36,341 nt of DNA from a virus (lineage: Duplodnaviria > Caudoviricetes): positions 1-36,341 of the IMG/VR virus record IMGVR_UViG_3300020711_000021. The stretch is one strand, 5' to 3'. Shown in pieces: positions 5,998 through 17,800 of the stretch. A model generated the notes under the pieces. The model made no database searches. It was not told the origin of the DNA and was given only the letters and a program-made list of their open reading frames with translations. Numbering within the stretch: the stretch's first letter is position 1; each line of letters begins with the position of its first letter. Both the position numbers and the translations under genes were made by a program.

Positions 5998-6198
5998 ATG
6001 ATAAATAGGGAAACGATTAGGTATAAATTGGAACGAATGGAGTCCAATTTAACAAAATTAGATTTTATTCTAAAAAGACAAGGTAGTGTAGATGAATTCT
6101 TAAATACTACTAAAGAATTAAAAGAATTAGTAGTTCAAGTTAAAGCTTATATAGAACTTGAACCACGTTCTTCAAATGAAATTAATACATCAATTTAA
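5998..6198 (+). CDS. Hypothetical protein
   Basis: 66-aa helical ORF in operon context. Confidence 0.7.
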   Translation: MINRETIRYKLERMESNLTKLDFILKRQGSVDEFLNTTKELKELVVQVKAYIELEPRSSNEINTSI

Positions 6199-6210
6199 AA
6201 ATTAAAAGTT

Positions 6211-6999
6211 ATGATAACAGCTGAACAAATTCAAGAAAACTGGGATAAATTAATGGTAATGATTAATCAATTTATATCATCACCTCGTAAAGAAGTATTA
6301 ATATCGTTTTATGAAAAATATCAAGAACGTTTAATGTTAATGCCCGCGTCTAATAAAAAAGAATATCATAATGCCTTTCCAGGAGGTTATATTGATCATG
6401 TTCTGAGAGTTATAGAATGTTCTATTCGTTTACATAAAGTATGGGAAGACATGGGAGTTGATATTAGTACTTACACTTTTGAAGAATTAATATTCTCAGC
6501 ACTAAATCATGATCTGGGTAAATTAGGTGATGAAAATAATGATGCTTATATACCTCAGACTGACCAATGGAGAAAGGATAAATTAGGTGAAGATTATATG
6601 TTTAATTCAATTTTACCATACTCATCTATTCCAGACCGTGGTTTATTTTTACTTCAATCTCATGGAATTAAATATACCTTTAATGAAATGGTAACTATTC
6701 AGACTCATGATGGTTTATATGATGAAGCTAATAAAAAATACCTTCAAAATTTCATGCCTGAACAAAAACCACGTACTGCTTTACCTTATATAGTACATCA
6801 GGGAGATTTAATGGCTGCTCGAATTGAATTTGAAAAAGAATGGTTATCTAAACTTAATAAGAAAAATTTGGAAGATTCAAAGAAAAGTTTTACATTGGAT
6901 AATAATAAAAAAACCAAATCAACACCAAATGTTATTAAAACAAAAGCATTAAGTAACATTAAATCAGAAGGATTAAAAAATCTATTAAATAATATATGA
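6211..6999 (+). CDS. HD-domain phosphohydrolase (YhaM-like)
   Basis: PAS...YHNAFPGGYIDH, HDLGK, HDG, HQGD metal-binding motifs. Confidence 0.85.
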   Translation: MITAEQIQENWDKLMVMINQFISSPRKEVLISFYEKYQERLMLMPASNKKEYHNAFPGGYIDHVLRVIECSIRLHKVWEDMGVDISTYTFEELIFSALNHDLGKLGDENNDAYIPQTDQWRKDKLGEDYMFNSILPYSSIPDRGLFLLQSHGIKYTFNEMVTIQTHDGLYDEANKKYLQNFMPEQKPRTALPYIVHQGDLMAARIEFEKEWLSKLNKKNLEDSKKSFTLDNNKKTKSTPNVIKTKALSNIKSEGLKNLLNNI

Positions 7000-7271
7000 T
7001 AATAATAACTATAATTTTATTGTTAATGGTTGTGGTACTTGGGTACACAACCTTTAACCTTTTACGTAAGAATGAAAAACAAGAAGACATATTAATGGGT
7101 TATATGACTTATTTAAATAAAATGTCTGAAATAATTGATTTTTCAAATAAAAAACTTAAAGAAGTAGACGCTAAAGGTTCATTTGCCAGCGATGATGAAG
7201 TTGGTTTCTTTTTTCAACAATTACAAGCTATCCAGACTATATTAAACGAATTTAATATTAAAAATTTATGA
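6996..7271 (+). CDS. Membrane-anchored hypothetical protein
   Basis: N-terminal hydrophobic helix; ATGA overlaps on both sides. Confidence 0.7.
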   Translation: MIIITIILLLMVVVLGYTTFNLLRKNEKQEDILMGYMTYLNKMSEIIDFSNKKLKEVDAKGSFASDDEVGFFFQQLQAIQTILNEFNIKNL

Positions 7272-8023
7272 TAATAGATGAAAAAATAAAGAAAAAAAAG
7301 AAACCAGCTGCTAATATGTATTTTACTCAAGATACAGAAAATGCTATTATTGAATATAATAATTGTACTGATGATGAAAAACGTGATAAAATATTTCGAG
7401 ACAAAATATATCCAGTTTTTTTTAAATTAACAGAGTATATAATTAACACATATAAAATTTTTAATACAGGTGAAAATAATATATCTGAAAATGGTACTAT
7501 TATTAATATACAAAATGAAGTAATTCAATTTTTACATAAAAAAATACATTTATTTGATCCAAGTAAAGGTGCTAAAGCATATTCTTATTTTGGCACTATA
7601 GCTAAACGTTACCTTATCTTAGCATCTCAGAATACTAATAAAATTCAATTTAACTCTACTACTTTATCAACTATTGAAGAAGATGAAAAATATTCATATC
7701 AATTAGATGATAATAAAATAGATGATAATAATGATTATGCTACACGTTTATCAAAATTTATGAATGAATATATAAATTTCTGTACTATAAACATATTCGA
7801 TATTTTTCCTAAAGAATCAGATGCTCAAGTAGCCGATGCTATTTTAGAATTATTTCGTAAAAGAGATAGTTTAGATGTATTTAATAAAAAAGCACTTTAT
7901 ATATACATTCGTGAAATGATAGATGTTAAAACACCTAAAATTACCAAGATAGCTGATCAATTATATGGTATATTTAAAGAAAAATATGTTTTTTATTTAG
8001 AAAATGGATATACAAATTTTTAA
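7268..8023 (+). CDS. Phage RNA polymerase sigma factor (T4 gp55-like, probably late)
   Basis: Region-2-like FDPSKGAKAYSYFGTIAKRYLI; N-terminal YF..D...AI.EY; precedes the structural module. Confidence 0.65.
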   Translation: MIIDEKIKKKKKPAANMYFTQDTENAIIEYNNCTDDEKRDKIFRDKIYPVFFKLTEYIINTYKIFNTGENNISENGTIINIQNEVIQFLHKKIHLFDPSKGAKAYSYFGTIAKRYLILASQNTNKIQFNSTTLSTIEEDEKYSYQLDDNKIDDNNDYATRLSKFMNEYINFCTINIFDIFPKESDAQVADAILELFRKRDSLDVFNKKALYIYIREMIDVKTPKITKIADQLYGIFKEKYVFYLENGYTNF

Positions 8024-8052
8024 ATGTTTATATTTATAATAAAATAAATATT

Positions 8053-8391
8053 ATGAATACTTTAGAAAATGTAGTTTTTGGTAAGAAAACATTTAGTTCT
8101 ATATTAGAAGAGATATATGATAATCAAAAGAAAAAAGATAAACAAATATCTGCTTTAATAGCTGAGCTTAAACCGTTGATTGAAAGTATAGGTGACGCCA
8201 CTTTAATAGTTCCGCTTATTAAAGAATACTTAGAAATAAGTGTTAAAAATGACGAGCAACTTATTAAAATGGCCACCATTATCCAACGTACCTTAAACTC
8301 AACATCTGAAGATGATGGTTTAGGTATATCAGATGAAGAAAAAGCTCAATTACTAGCTGAAATAGATAAAATTAAAGAGGAAAATAAATAA
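8053..8391 (+). CDS. Hypothetical helical protein
   Basis: 112-aa ORF preceded by ATATTTATA. Confidence 0.7.
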   Translation: MNTLENVVFGKKTFSSILEEIYDNQKKKDKQISALIAELKPLIESIGDATLIVPLIKEYLEISVKNDEQLIKMATIIQRTLNSTSEDDGLGISDEEKAQLLAEIDKIKEENK

Positions 8392-8393
8392 GC

Positions 8394-9626
8394 ATGGCTA
8401 CTAAATATGGATTTGATGCATTTAATCATTCTTTAAATAATCAAGATCAGGGAGTAATATATCAAGCATTAATCAATCTTCAACAACTTATAACAGCTGT
8501 TCGCGTTAAAAGTATTGTATTAGATGCTTCTCATCCTAGATTTAAAGAATTAGGTGAATGGAATGGGTTAGGTACTATTGAATTTCAAGATGTAAATAAC
8601 CCAATTGATAGTCCTTCATATTCAACAGCAGTACCATTAAATCCTAATTCTAAAAATTTTCCTTTAATAAATGAAATAGTATACTTAATTACATTACCAG
8701 ATAATAATATAGGAACATTAACTTCATCTACTAAATCATATTATATAAACTCCATAGCTTTATGGAACCATCCTCACCATAACGCTTACCCAGCAAACCC
8801 TAATACTCCTTTACCTGCTCAACAAAAAGATTATACCCAAACTCAATTAGGTAGTGTTAGACGTGTAACCGATGGTTCTACTGAAATTTATTTAGGTCAA
8901 ACATTTAAAGAACGTTCAAATATTCATCCACTTTTACCTTTTGAAGGTGATGTTATTCAAGAAGGTAGATGGGGTAACAGTATAAGATTTGGTTCAACGG
9001 TTCAAAATACTCCAAACAATTGGTCAAGTACTGGAACCAATGGTGATCCTATCACTATTATAAGAAATGGTCAACGTGTAGATGCAAATAGTGAAGGTTG
9101 GGTACCTATTACTGAAGATATAAATCAAGACTTATCTTCAATATATGCTACCTCAACTCAACAAATACCATTAAATGCGGCTTCTACAAATTATACTAGT
9201 TACAAAACAGCACCTACTACCCCAAATCAATACTCAGGAAATCAAGTAATTATAAATTCTGGTCGTTTAGTATTTAACAGTAGTGCAGATCATATTTTAC
9301 TTAGTTCAACTAAAACCATTAATTTAAACGCTGTATCTTCTGTAAACATTGATACTCCTACCACTATAATTCAATCAAATGAGGTATATTTGGGATCAAA
9401 AGATGCTACTGAACCTGTATTATTAGGTGATTCAACTGTTAACTTATTACATACTTTAGTTCAAAATTTAAAAGCATTTACCGATATTTGCAGTACAGTT
9501 GTAGGAACAGCTCCTGGAGTACCATTAGGTCCTTTAAACGCTGCTGCCTCTCAATTATCAATTACATTAGCTCAATTAGATATAAATTTAGATAGTACAA
9601 AATCAAAATACGTTAAAACAGCATAA
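8394..9626 (+). CDS. Baseplate hub/spike-like protein (gp5/gpV-like)
   Basis: OB-fold-like N-terminus (FPLINEIVYL), EGDVIQEGRWGNSIRFGS, beta-repeat C-terminus with EPVLLGD; upstream of gp25-like gene. Confidence 0.55.
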   Translation: MATKYGFDAFNHSLNNQDQGVIYQALINLQQLITAVRVKSIVLDASHPRFKELGEWNGLGTIEFQDVNNPIDSPSYSTAVPLNPNSKNFPLINEIVYLITLPDNNIGTLTSSTKSYYINSIALWNHPHHNAYPANPNTPLPAQQKDYTQTQLGSVRRVTDGSTEIYLGQTFKERSNIHPLLPFEGDVIQEGRWGNSIRFGSTVQNTPNNWSSTGTNGDPITIIRNGQRVDANSEGWVPITEDINQDLSSIYATSTQQIPLNAASTNYTSYKTAPTTPNQYSGNQVIINSGRLVFNSSADHILLSSTKTINLNAVSSVNIDTPTTIIQSNEVYLGSKDATEPVLLGDSTVNLLHTLVQNLKAFTDICSTVVGTAPGVPLGPLNAAASQLSITLAQLDINLDSTKSKYVKTA

Positions 9627-10630
9627 TGGCAACACCTCAACAAATAGATGCTCAACGAGCTCAAGAAACAGCTCAACGTTTATTATCCCAATCAAGAATT
9701 GTGGGTGTTAACGCTACAGCTATTCAAAATGCAACTCCGGGAGAACAACAACCTCAAGGAAGTGCTAAGTTAAGTGTTACTATAACTAATTTAGGTAAAA
9801 AAATATATACTTTATTTACCCCTATAGCTATAAGTTTAGCCACAGAACTAGGAGCAACATTGGCTCAATCTGAATTATCTAAAATAAAACAGCAAGTTTT
9901 ACCAAAAGACGGTTGTCCTAATAATTCAAAAATTCAAGAATTAATAACTCAAAGAAATGCTTTAGTAGCCCAATTAAATAATTTAGGTAATCAATTAAAT
10001 ACTTTAACTATAGCTGTTACTGGTTTATCTTCATTTTTAGCTATATCTGAAACTGTTATATCAGCTTTAAAAACAGTAAAATCTACAATTTCTGTAGCGG
10101 CAAAAATTATACCTTCACCTCCCGGTTTACCCGGTGTTGTAGCATCATCTTTAAGTGATTTGGAAGATGCTATAAATAAACTATTATTTGATGATTTAGG
10201 ACAACCTAGATTACCTATAATAGCCGGTTCTATTGCTTCTTCGGCTTTATCCATTTCTATAGTAAATGGATATATACAACAAATAGTAGCTATACTTGAA
10301 GCAATAGATTTAAAATTACAACAATGTGCTCCTGATTTAACTAGTCCTACATCTTTACCTGGATTAGTATCTATAAGTTCCGATTTAGTACAAATAGCAT
10401 TATTACAAACCAAAGCACAACAAACACAAAATCAAGTAACATATAAAGGATTTGTAATTGAAATCGAAACAGTACCATATACTCCAACAGTAAATCGTCA
10501 TAGAGCTGTAGGTAAAAATCAAAGTGGTATAGTTTTAGTTGAAACAGAATTATCTTTTACAACAGAATTTCAATTACTCATAAATGAACTTAAACTAATT
10601 ATTGACTCAAACAATTTAAAAGCTTATTAA
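9626..10630 (+). CDS. Putative virion structural protein
   Basis: 334 aa, helical, within the baseplate module. Confidence 0.55.
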   Translation: MATPQQIDAQRAQETAQRLLSQSRIVGVNATAIQNATPGEQQPQGSAKLSVTITNLGKKIYTLFTPIAISLATELGATLAQSELSKIKQQVLPKDGCPNNSKIQELITQRNALVAQLNNLGNQLNTLTIAVTGLSSFLAISETVISALKTVKSTISVAAKIIPSPPGLPGVVASSLSDLEDAINKLLFDDLGQPRLPIIAGSIASSALSISIVNGYIQQIVAILEAIDLKLQQCAPDLTSPTSLPGLVSISSDLVQIALLQTKAQQTQNQVTYKGFVIEIETVPYTPTVNRHRAVGKNQSGIVLVETELSFTTEFQLLINELKLIIDSNNLKAY

Positions 10631-10649
10631 TTTTAATATTTATAATACG

Positions 10650-11018
10650 ATGGACACAAAACAATTTAAAAAAATCATCAAAGAAGCGGTAAAAGAAGTA
10701 TTTCAAGAAGAAATGCGTGAAATATTACTAGAAGCTGTAAAAGCACCCAAAGCAACTATTGTTACTGAAAGTACTAATACTAGTGGTAATAATAGTATGT
10801 TTAATAATACATCACCTTCCAAACCAACTAAAACATTAACAGCGGCTGAACGTAAAGCAATGTTCGGTGGGATGATTGAAGAAATGCAAAGTGAAACTTT
10901 ATCAGCGACAACTAATAATATACCTTTTAGACCTAACCTTGGTGGAGATACAATAAATGGTGCTTTACCAGCTGGTGAAGTTGATTTAAGTCAAATAATG
11001 GGATTAATGAGTAAATAA
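10650..11018 (+). CDS. Hypothetical protein with KKIIKEAVKE leader
   Basis: 122-aa ORF preceded by ATATTTATA. Confidence 0.7.
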   Translation: MDTKQFKKIIKEAVKEVFQEEMREILLEAVKAPKATIVTESTNTSGNNSMFNNTSPSKPTKTLTAAERKAMFGGMIEEMQSETLSATTNNIPFRPNLGGDTINGALPAGEVDLSQIMGLMSK

Positions 11019-11425
11019 TGGCATTCGGAGCAAAAAAAATATTTCCAATAGATACTAAACCGGGAACTGCGGTTGGGGTATCTATTCCTTTTAATGCCCC
11101 TGCTGTATTTTATTCAACTTACACTACTCAAGATGCTATTAGAAATAATTTATTAAATTTTTTTCTAACTAATCAACCTGAAAGGTATTTAAATCCAACA
11201 TTTGGTGCTAGTTTAAGAGCATTTATATTTCAACAAATTACTGATGGTAATTTAGAAGGATTAAAAGAAAACATACAATATCAATTAAATCAATATTTTC
11301 CTAATATTGTGGTTGCTTCATTAGATATTTTACAAGATACTGATAGTAATACAATAACAGTAAAATTAAAATATAGTATAAAAGATACCGGAATAACAGA
11401 TCAAATACAAATAGCATTTCAATAA
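11018..11425 (+). CDS. Baseplate wedge subunit, gp25/GPW family
   Basis: AIRNNLLNFFLTNQPERYLNPTFGASLRAFIF signature. Confidence 0.88.
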   Translation: MAFGAKKIFPIDTKPGTAVGVSIPFNAPAVFYSTYTTQDAIRNNLLNFFLTNQPERYLNPTFGASLRAFIFQQITDGNLEGLKENIQYQLNQYFPNIVVASLDILQDTDSNTITVKLKYSIKDTGITDQIQIAFQ

Positions 11426-13281
11426 TGAATAATAGTAAAGATATAAAATATATAAATAAAGACTTTACCGAGTTAAGGGCAAGTTTAATAGATTATGCTA
11501 AAACTTATTTCCCTACAACTTACAATGACTTTACCCCAACATCACCAGGTATGATGTTTATGGAAATGGCAGCTTATGTAGGTGATATCTTATCATTCTA
11601 TTTAGATAACCAATTTCAAGAAAACTATTTACAATATGCTCGTCAAACAAATAATTTATTTGAATTAGCATATATGTTTGGTTATAAACCAAATATAACC
11701 CAAGTAGCAAATACTGAAATTACTTTCTACCAACAAGTACCTGCTATACTATCAGGATCAGTTTATGCTCCTGATTTTACATACGCTTTATTTATACCTG
11801 CCAATTCAGCTATAACTTCAACTTTAACTAATGTTCAACCATTTCTAGTAGAAGATCCAGTTGATTTTTCAGTATCATCATCAAGTGATCCTACTAATAT
11901 TACAGTTTATTCAGTATCAGGAGGTAATCCAACATTTTTCTTACTAACTAAAACTAGAAAAGCAATATCGGCTACTATCAATACAGTAAATTTTAATTTT
12001 AACTCTCCAGTAAAATTTGATACAAGAATTCTTAATAGTTCTAATATTATTGGTATTTTAGATGTTTTTGATAGTAATGGTAATCAATGGAATGAAGTTG
12101 ATTATTTAGGTCAAGAAATGATATATAAACCAATTAAAAATACTAACCCCAACGATCCTAATTATTATACAAATCAAGGTAATGCTCCTTATCTTTTAAA
12201 ATTAGAAAAAACTCAATATAGATTTGCTACTCGTTTTTTAGATTCAGGTTCACTTCAAATTCAATTTGGTGCTGGTACTGCTAATAGCAGTGATGAAGAA
12301 ATTACACCTAATCCAAATAATGTTGGTATAGGTTTACCATTTGAAAAAACAAAATTAACAACTGCTTTTTCACCATCAAATTTCTTATTTACATCAACAT
12401 ATGGTATTGCTCCTTCAAATACAGTATTAACATTTAGATATTTAACAGGAGGTGGTGTTATAGCTAATGTAGCTTCTAACACTTTAAATACATTATCTTC
12501 AACTCCTAAATTTTTAAATACTAATTTAAATTCAACTACAGCAAACGTTATATTTAATTCATTAGCAGTAACTAATTTAATAGCTGCTGATGGTGGTGGT
12601 GATGGAGATACAGTGGAAGAAATTAGACAAAATGCAATGGCTAATTTTGCTTCTCAATTACGTAATGTAACTCAAGACGATTATTTAGTAAGAGCATTAT
12701 CTATGCCTGCTGAATATGGAGTTGTAGCTAAAGCATATATTGAACCTACAAAACGTACTTTAGTATCTGAAGGTGAATCCAACTCAGTTTTAGATTTATA
12801 TATTTTAAGTTATGATATTAATAAAAATTTACAAACAGCATCTAATGCTTTAAAACAAAACTTAACAACATATTTAAGTCAATATAGAATGATTGGTGAT
12901 GCTGTTAATATTAAAGATGGTTTTATTATTAATATTGGTGTAAATTTTGAAATAATAGTATTACCTAATAATAATAATAATGATGTTTTAATTAAATGTA
13001 TAACAGCTTTACAAACATATTTTTCAATAGACCAATGGTCTATTAATCAACCTATTTTATTGAGAGATTTATATGTTTTATTAGATCAAATACAAGGAGT
13101 TCAAACAGTAAAAAATATAACAATAACAAATCTAGTAGGAACTAATATAGGATATAGCCCATATGCTTATGATATTAATGCGGCTACTTCAAACGAAGTA
13201 ATTTATCCTTCACTTGATCCTTCTATATTTGAAGTAAAATACCCTAACACAGACATTCAAGGTAAAGTAGTACCATTATAA
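11425..13281 (+). CDS. Baseplate wedge subunit, gp6/baseplate J-like
   Basis: KDFTELRASL..Y.K, AYVGDILSFYLD, GG.DGDTVEEIR, Q.RNVTQDDY motifs. Confidence 0.88.
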   Translation: MNNSKDIKYINKDFTELRASLIDYAKTYFPTTYNDFTPTSPGMMFMEMAAYVGDILSFYLDNQFQENYLQYARQTNNLFELAYMFGYKPNITQVANTEITFYQQVPAILSGSVYAPDFTYALFIPANSAITSTLTNVQPFLVEDPVDFSVSSSSDPTNITVYSVSGGNPTFFLLTKTRKAISATINTVNFNFNSPVKFDTRILNSSNIIGILDVFDSNGNQWNEVDYLGQEMIYKPIKNTNPNDPNYYTNQGNAPYLLKLEKTQYRFATRFLDSGSLQIQFGAGTANSSDEEITPNPNNVGIGLPFEKTKLTTAFSPSNFLFTSTYGIAPSNTVLTFRYLTGGGVIANVASNTLNTLSSTPKFLNTNLNSTTANVIFNSLAVTNLIAADGGGDGDTVEEIRQNAMANFASQLRNVTQDDYLVRALSMPAEYGVVAKAYIEPTKRTLVSEGESNSVLDLYILSYDINKNLQTASNALKQNLTTYLSQYRMIGDAVNIKDGFIINIGVNFEIIVLPNNNNNDVLIKCITALQTYFSIDQWSINQPILLRDLYVLLDQIQGVQTVKNITITNLVGTNIGYSPYAYDINAATSNEVIYPSLDPSIFEVKYPNTDIQGKVVPL

Positions 13282-13290
13282 TATTAAACC

Positions 13291-14463
13291 ATGGCAGTAT
13301 ATAAAATATTCCCAACTAAAGACGCTACATTATATTCTCTACTTCCTAATATGAATACAGGATTAGATGAAATTATAGAAGCCACATTAACAACATTTGC
13401 TCCTAACCAACCTAATCCTCAAGTTAGTAGATTCCTTATACAATTCTCAGACACAGAAATTGAAGATATACTACAAAATAAAATAGGAATAAGTAGTTCA
13501 GTCCAATTACTTAATACTTCATCTTGGCAAGCTAATTTAAGATGTTTTGTAGCTACTGAAACTGGTTTAAATTTAAATACAACTATAGACTGTTTTCCTG
13601 TTTATGGTAATTGGGGGATGGGTACAGGTAAATATTTAGATGATCCTGAAATTACAAACGGTGTTAGTTGGAATTGGTTAGATTATTCTGGTTCAACAAC
13701 TTGGATAACATCAAGCTACCCAACATGCATTACAGCTTCATATAACACAGTATACTCTTCAGCTGGTGGAGGCAATTGGTGGACTGGATCTACAGTTTCT
13801 TGGTTTAATACAAATACATATCCTATTACTCAATCTCAAGTATTTAGTTATTCAAGTAACAAAGATATATACATGAATATATCTAATATTGTTAGAGCAT
13901 GGTACACAGGTTCTATATCTTGGGATGGTTTAATACTTAAACAAGATGTTGAATGGGTACCTAATGATAATATTCAACCTGAAATGAAATTCTTTTCAAT
14001 TGATACTCATACTATATATCCTCCTTGTTTAGAATTTAAATGGCGAGATTATGTGTACAATACAGGTTCTTCAACTCAAACGACATTAAATATGTTACCC
14101 GCAACAGTAACATTAAATGAAAACCCTGGTTTCTTTTATTCTAGTAGTATAAATAGATTTAGAGTAAATTCTAGACCTGAATATCCACCTAGAGTATGGC
14201 AAACATCTTCATTATATACTCAAAATTATTTTTTACCTACAGCATCATATTATGCTATTAAAGATTTAGATACTAATGAGTATGTAGTTAATTTTGATAC
14301 TCAATTTACACAATTAAGTTGTGATGCCACTAGTAGTTATTTTGATGTTTATATGAATGGTTTAGAACCTGAAAGATATTATGAAATATTAATTCAAACA
14401 ACTATTAACGGAACAACTATTGTTTATAACAATAATTATTACTTCAAAGTTATTAACGGATAA
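13291..14463 (+). CDS. Putative virion structural protein
   Basis: 390 aa, beta-rich, Trp/Ser/Thr-rich; KDATLYS...SRFLIQF start reminiscent of DNRLRE-type domains. Confidence 0.55.
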   Translation: MAVYKIFPTKDATLYSLLPNMNTGLDEIIEATLTTFAPNQPNPQVSRFLIQFSDTEIEDILQNKIGISSSVQLLNTSSWQANLRCFVATETGLNLNTTIDCFPVYGNWGMGTGKYLDDPEITNGVSWNWLDYSGSTTWITSSYPTCITASYNTVYSSAGGGNWWTGSTVSWFNTNTYPITQSQVFSYSSNKDIYMNISNIVRAWYTGSISWDGLILKQDVEWVPNDNIQPEMKFFSIDTHTIYPPCLEFKWRDYVYNTGSSTQTTLNMLPATVTLNENPGFFYSSSINRFRVNSRPEYPPRVWQTSSLYTQNYFLPTASYYAIKDLDTNEYVVNFDTQFTQLSCDATSSYFDVYMNGLEPERYYEILIQTTINGTTIVYNNNYYFKVING

Positions 14464-14819
14464 TGGCAGACCAAATAGTATTAGTAAAACCTTCGTTTAA
14501 TAAAAACTCTTACGAGCAAGTAATTAACACTCAATTTACACAATTAGTACAACCTGTTACTTCTAGTGTAGTGACCCCTACTATTTCTGTTCAACAATTT
14601 TTTGAATATTATCAACAATTATTTTATATCATCCCTAAATTTGGAGATATCAATTCTCATCAGTACCTTGCTAAAACAAGTTCAGATTATATAGGAGCAA
14701 ACATAACAACAGATGACCTAACACAATCTTTACTTACAGAAATAAACGCTTTAAGACAAGAAAATTTAGGTTTACAACAACAAATATTAAACATCACAAC
14801 CTCATCTTCAATCGCTTAA
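14463..14819 (+). CDS. Hypothetical protein in the structural module
   Basis: 118-aa ORF with C-terminal coiled coil; TAATG coupling. Confidence 0.65.
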   Translation: MADQIVLVKPSFNKNSYEQVINTQFTQLVQPVTSSVVTPTISVQQFFEYYQQLFYIIPKFGDINSHQYLAKTSSDYIGANITTDDLTQSLLTEINALRQENLGLQQQILNITTSSSIA

Positions 14820-14824
14820 TATAG

Positions 14825-17800
14825 ATGGCAGAAATAGTAAACATACAACAACTAAATCCTACTACTTTTGAATTACAAGAGTATTCTGTCCAAGATATTA
14901 GTCTTATTCCTATAACTGATACTTTTGATACTTTTGACCCTACTGTAGATCATATCGAATATTTTATATTTGATTTAAATGGTAATACTTTATATTCAAA
15001 TGTAGTTGGTTATCCTAATTTTAGTTTAATTAACAACAATGTTGTAATTGATCCTGAAAATGATTTAAAATCTCAAGGATATACTGAAGGTAATTATAAC
15101 ACATTATATAATTTCCTAAAAAATAGAGTATCATCTTCTCCTACATTTAAATACTATATACAACAAATTAGCACTGATAGAACTGAGGTTAGGTTAAATA
15201 CTACTTCTATTTCTAATACTAATGTTATAGCTGGTGCTACTGATTTTATAAACTATAGAGCTAGTAGTAGTATATTTATAGATTTTTATCTTGATTTTGG
15301 AAACAACAATTTAGTAATAGCCAACAATATTTTACTAGATACTACTAATCCAGATAATGCTACTGTATTAATTAAATTATATGAACCTTTACCTGCTCAA
15401 TTTGATACAAATTCTCAATGTTGGGTAGTAGAAACAATCGCTGTACCTCGCGCATATAACATTAATATATATCAAACTTTTGATATATTAAATAATAATA
15501 TACCTTTAAAAGGACCTAATTTAAATATAGCAGTTAAAGATCAAATTAATAACTCCACTAATTTTTTAAATTATAATTCTTTAACTTCAAATACCTCATC
15601 TTTAGGTACAGGAAGTTTACAATATCAAATTAACAGTTTATTAGCCGAAAAAGGAATTGAAATAAATATAGATTATTCAGATTATTCTCAATTTGTATTT
15701 TTTTCATCTGCTCAAACTCGTTTAGAAAATTTCTATTATAAATTATCTTTACTTGAACAATACCAATATAGTGCTAGTATTTCTGGGCCTAGTATTATTA
15801 ATACTTATACATCTGCTAGTAATACAATTTGGTTAAATAAAATTAATGATATTATAACTAACTTTGATAGTTATGAATATTATCTTTATTTTGAATCAGG
15901 TAGTACATCTTGGCCTAAAACAAACTCAACTTATCCTTATACAAACGCTGGAGCTAATTCAACTCCTGGTTTAGCATTTTTAGCTTCTCAATCTATTGTT
16001 GCTGAAAATTATGATACTTTAAATGTTAATACTTTAATAAATGCTATACCATCATACTTAACAGATGATCCTAACAATTCACAATTTGAATTATTTGTTG
16101 AAATGATAGGTCAAAATTTTGATAGTATTTGGGTCTATATAAAAGATATAACTAACAAATACAACGCAGATAACCGTTTAAATTACGGGATCTCTAAGGA
16201 TTTGATAGCTGACGTGCTTCGCGACTTAGGTATTAAAATTTACCAAAATAACTTTTCAGTTAATGATTTATATTCTGCCTTCTTAGGTATTACACCTTCA
16301 GGTAGTTTATTTAATTTACCTTATACAACAGGTTCTTTACCTACTCTTACTGGATATGAATATATAAACACTTATATAACAGCTTCAGCTACAGGTTCTT
16401 CAACACCAACTTATGATATTAATGCTGAAACATATAAACGTATTTATCATAATTTACCTTACTTACTTAAGAAAAAAGGTACAGTTGAAGGTTTAAGAGC
16501 ATTAATTACTTTATATGGTATTCCTGATACTATTTTACGTATAAACGAATTTGGAGGTAAAGATAAAAATCCAAATACGTGGGATTACTGGCAAGATGAA
16601 TATAATTATGCTTTTAATACAAGTAGAACAAGTAAAATTTTTACACCATTCACAGCATCATCTACCCAATTTGGAAGTGGATTCCCTCAAGCTTTAGAAT
16701 TTAGATTTCAAACTCCAGGATTACCTACTTCATCTATTCCATATAGCCAATCTTTAGTTCAACATAATAACGGTACTTTTAATATAGTACTAGAATATAC
16801 AGGTTCAGGATATACAAGTGGATCTTATAATGGTTCAACCATAGACCCATATTACCAATACGCTAACCTAAAACTTATATCAGGCTCTTTATCGGCAAGT
16901 GTTTATTTACCATTTTATAATGGTGGATGGTGGTCAGTATTAGCCAACTATAACCCAAATTCAAATACTTATACTTTATATGCTAAAAATAAGCAATATG
17001 AAGGGTGGGATGGTAATATTATAGGTTTTCAAGCATCTTCTAGTTTTACAGGTATTTCATCTTGGAATTCAGGAGGCCAATTAATATTTGGTACAGGTAG
17101 TGTTATAGGCCCTAAAACATACACAGCCTTTAGTGGTTCATACCAAGAAATAAGATATTATAACGTTCCTTTAAGTGAGAGTGCTTTTAATTCTTATGTA
17201 ATGAATTCTAATTCTGTTGAAGGAAATCAAACACAAGGATCTCAATCTTCTAAAAATAGTTTAATTTTTAGAATATCTCTAGGAGGAGAATTATACACCG
17301 GCTCAAACTCAATACACCCAGCCTCTACTGGCTCTACCCCAACAACACAATCATTTGCTATACAACCATATACTGCTTCCTTTACTAATGCTTTATTTAT
17401 TCCTAATGTAGAGTATAATTATTACAATCAAGTACCAGCAGGTATTCAAAATGCTATATCCGATAAGATTCAAAATAAAAATATATTATTACCATTAACT
17501 AGTAGTCAAGCAAATATACCTAATAATACTGTTTTATCTCCATTTATATCTATTCAACAATCATATTATGCAAGTAGTAGTTACACTAACAATATAGATT
17601 ATGTTGAAGTGGCTTTTTCACCACAAAACGAAATAAATGATGATATAAATGATTCATTAGGTTATTTTAATATAGGTGAATATATAGGTGATCCAAGACA
17701 AGTATCTTCATCAGATACATCTTACTCTGATTTAAATGCTTTAAGAGATTTATACTTTCAAAAATATACAGGTAACTATAATATTTGGGATTATATAAGA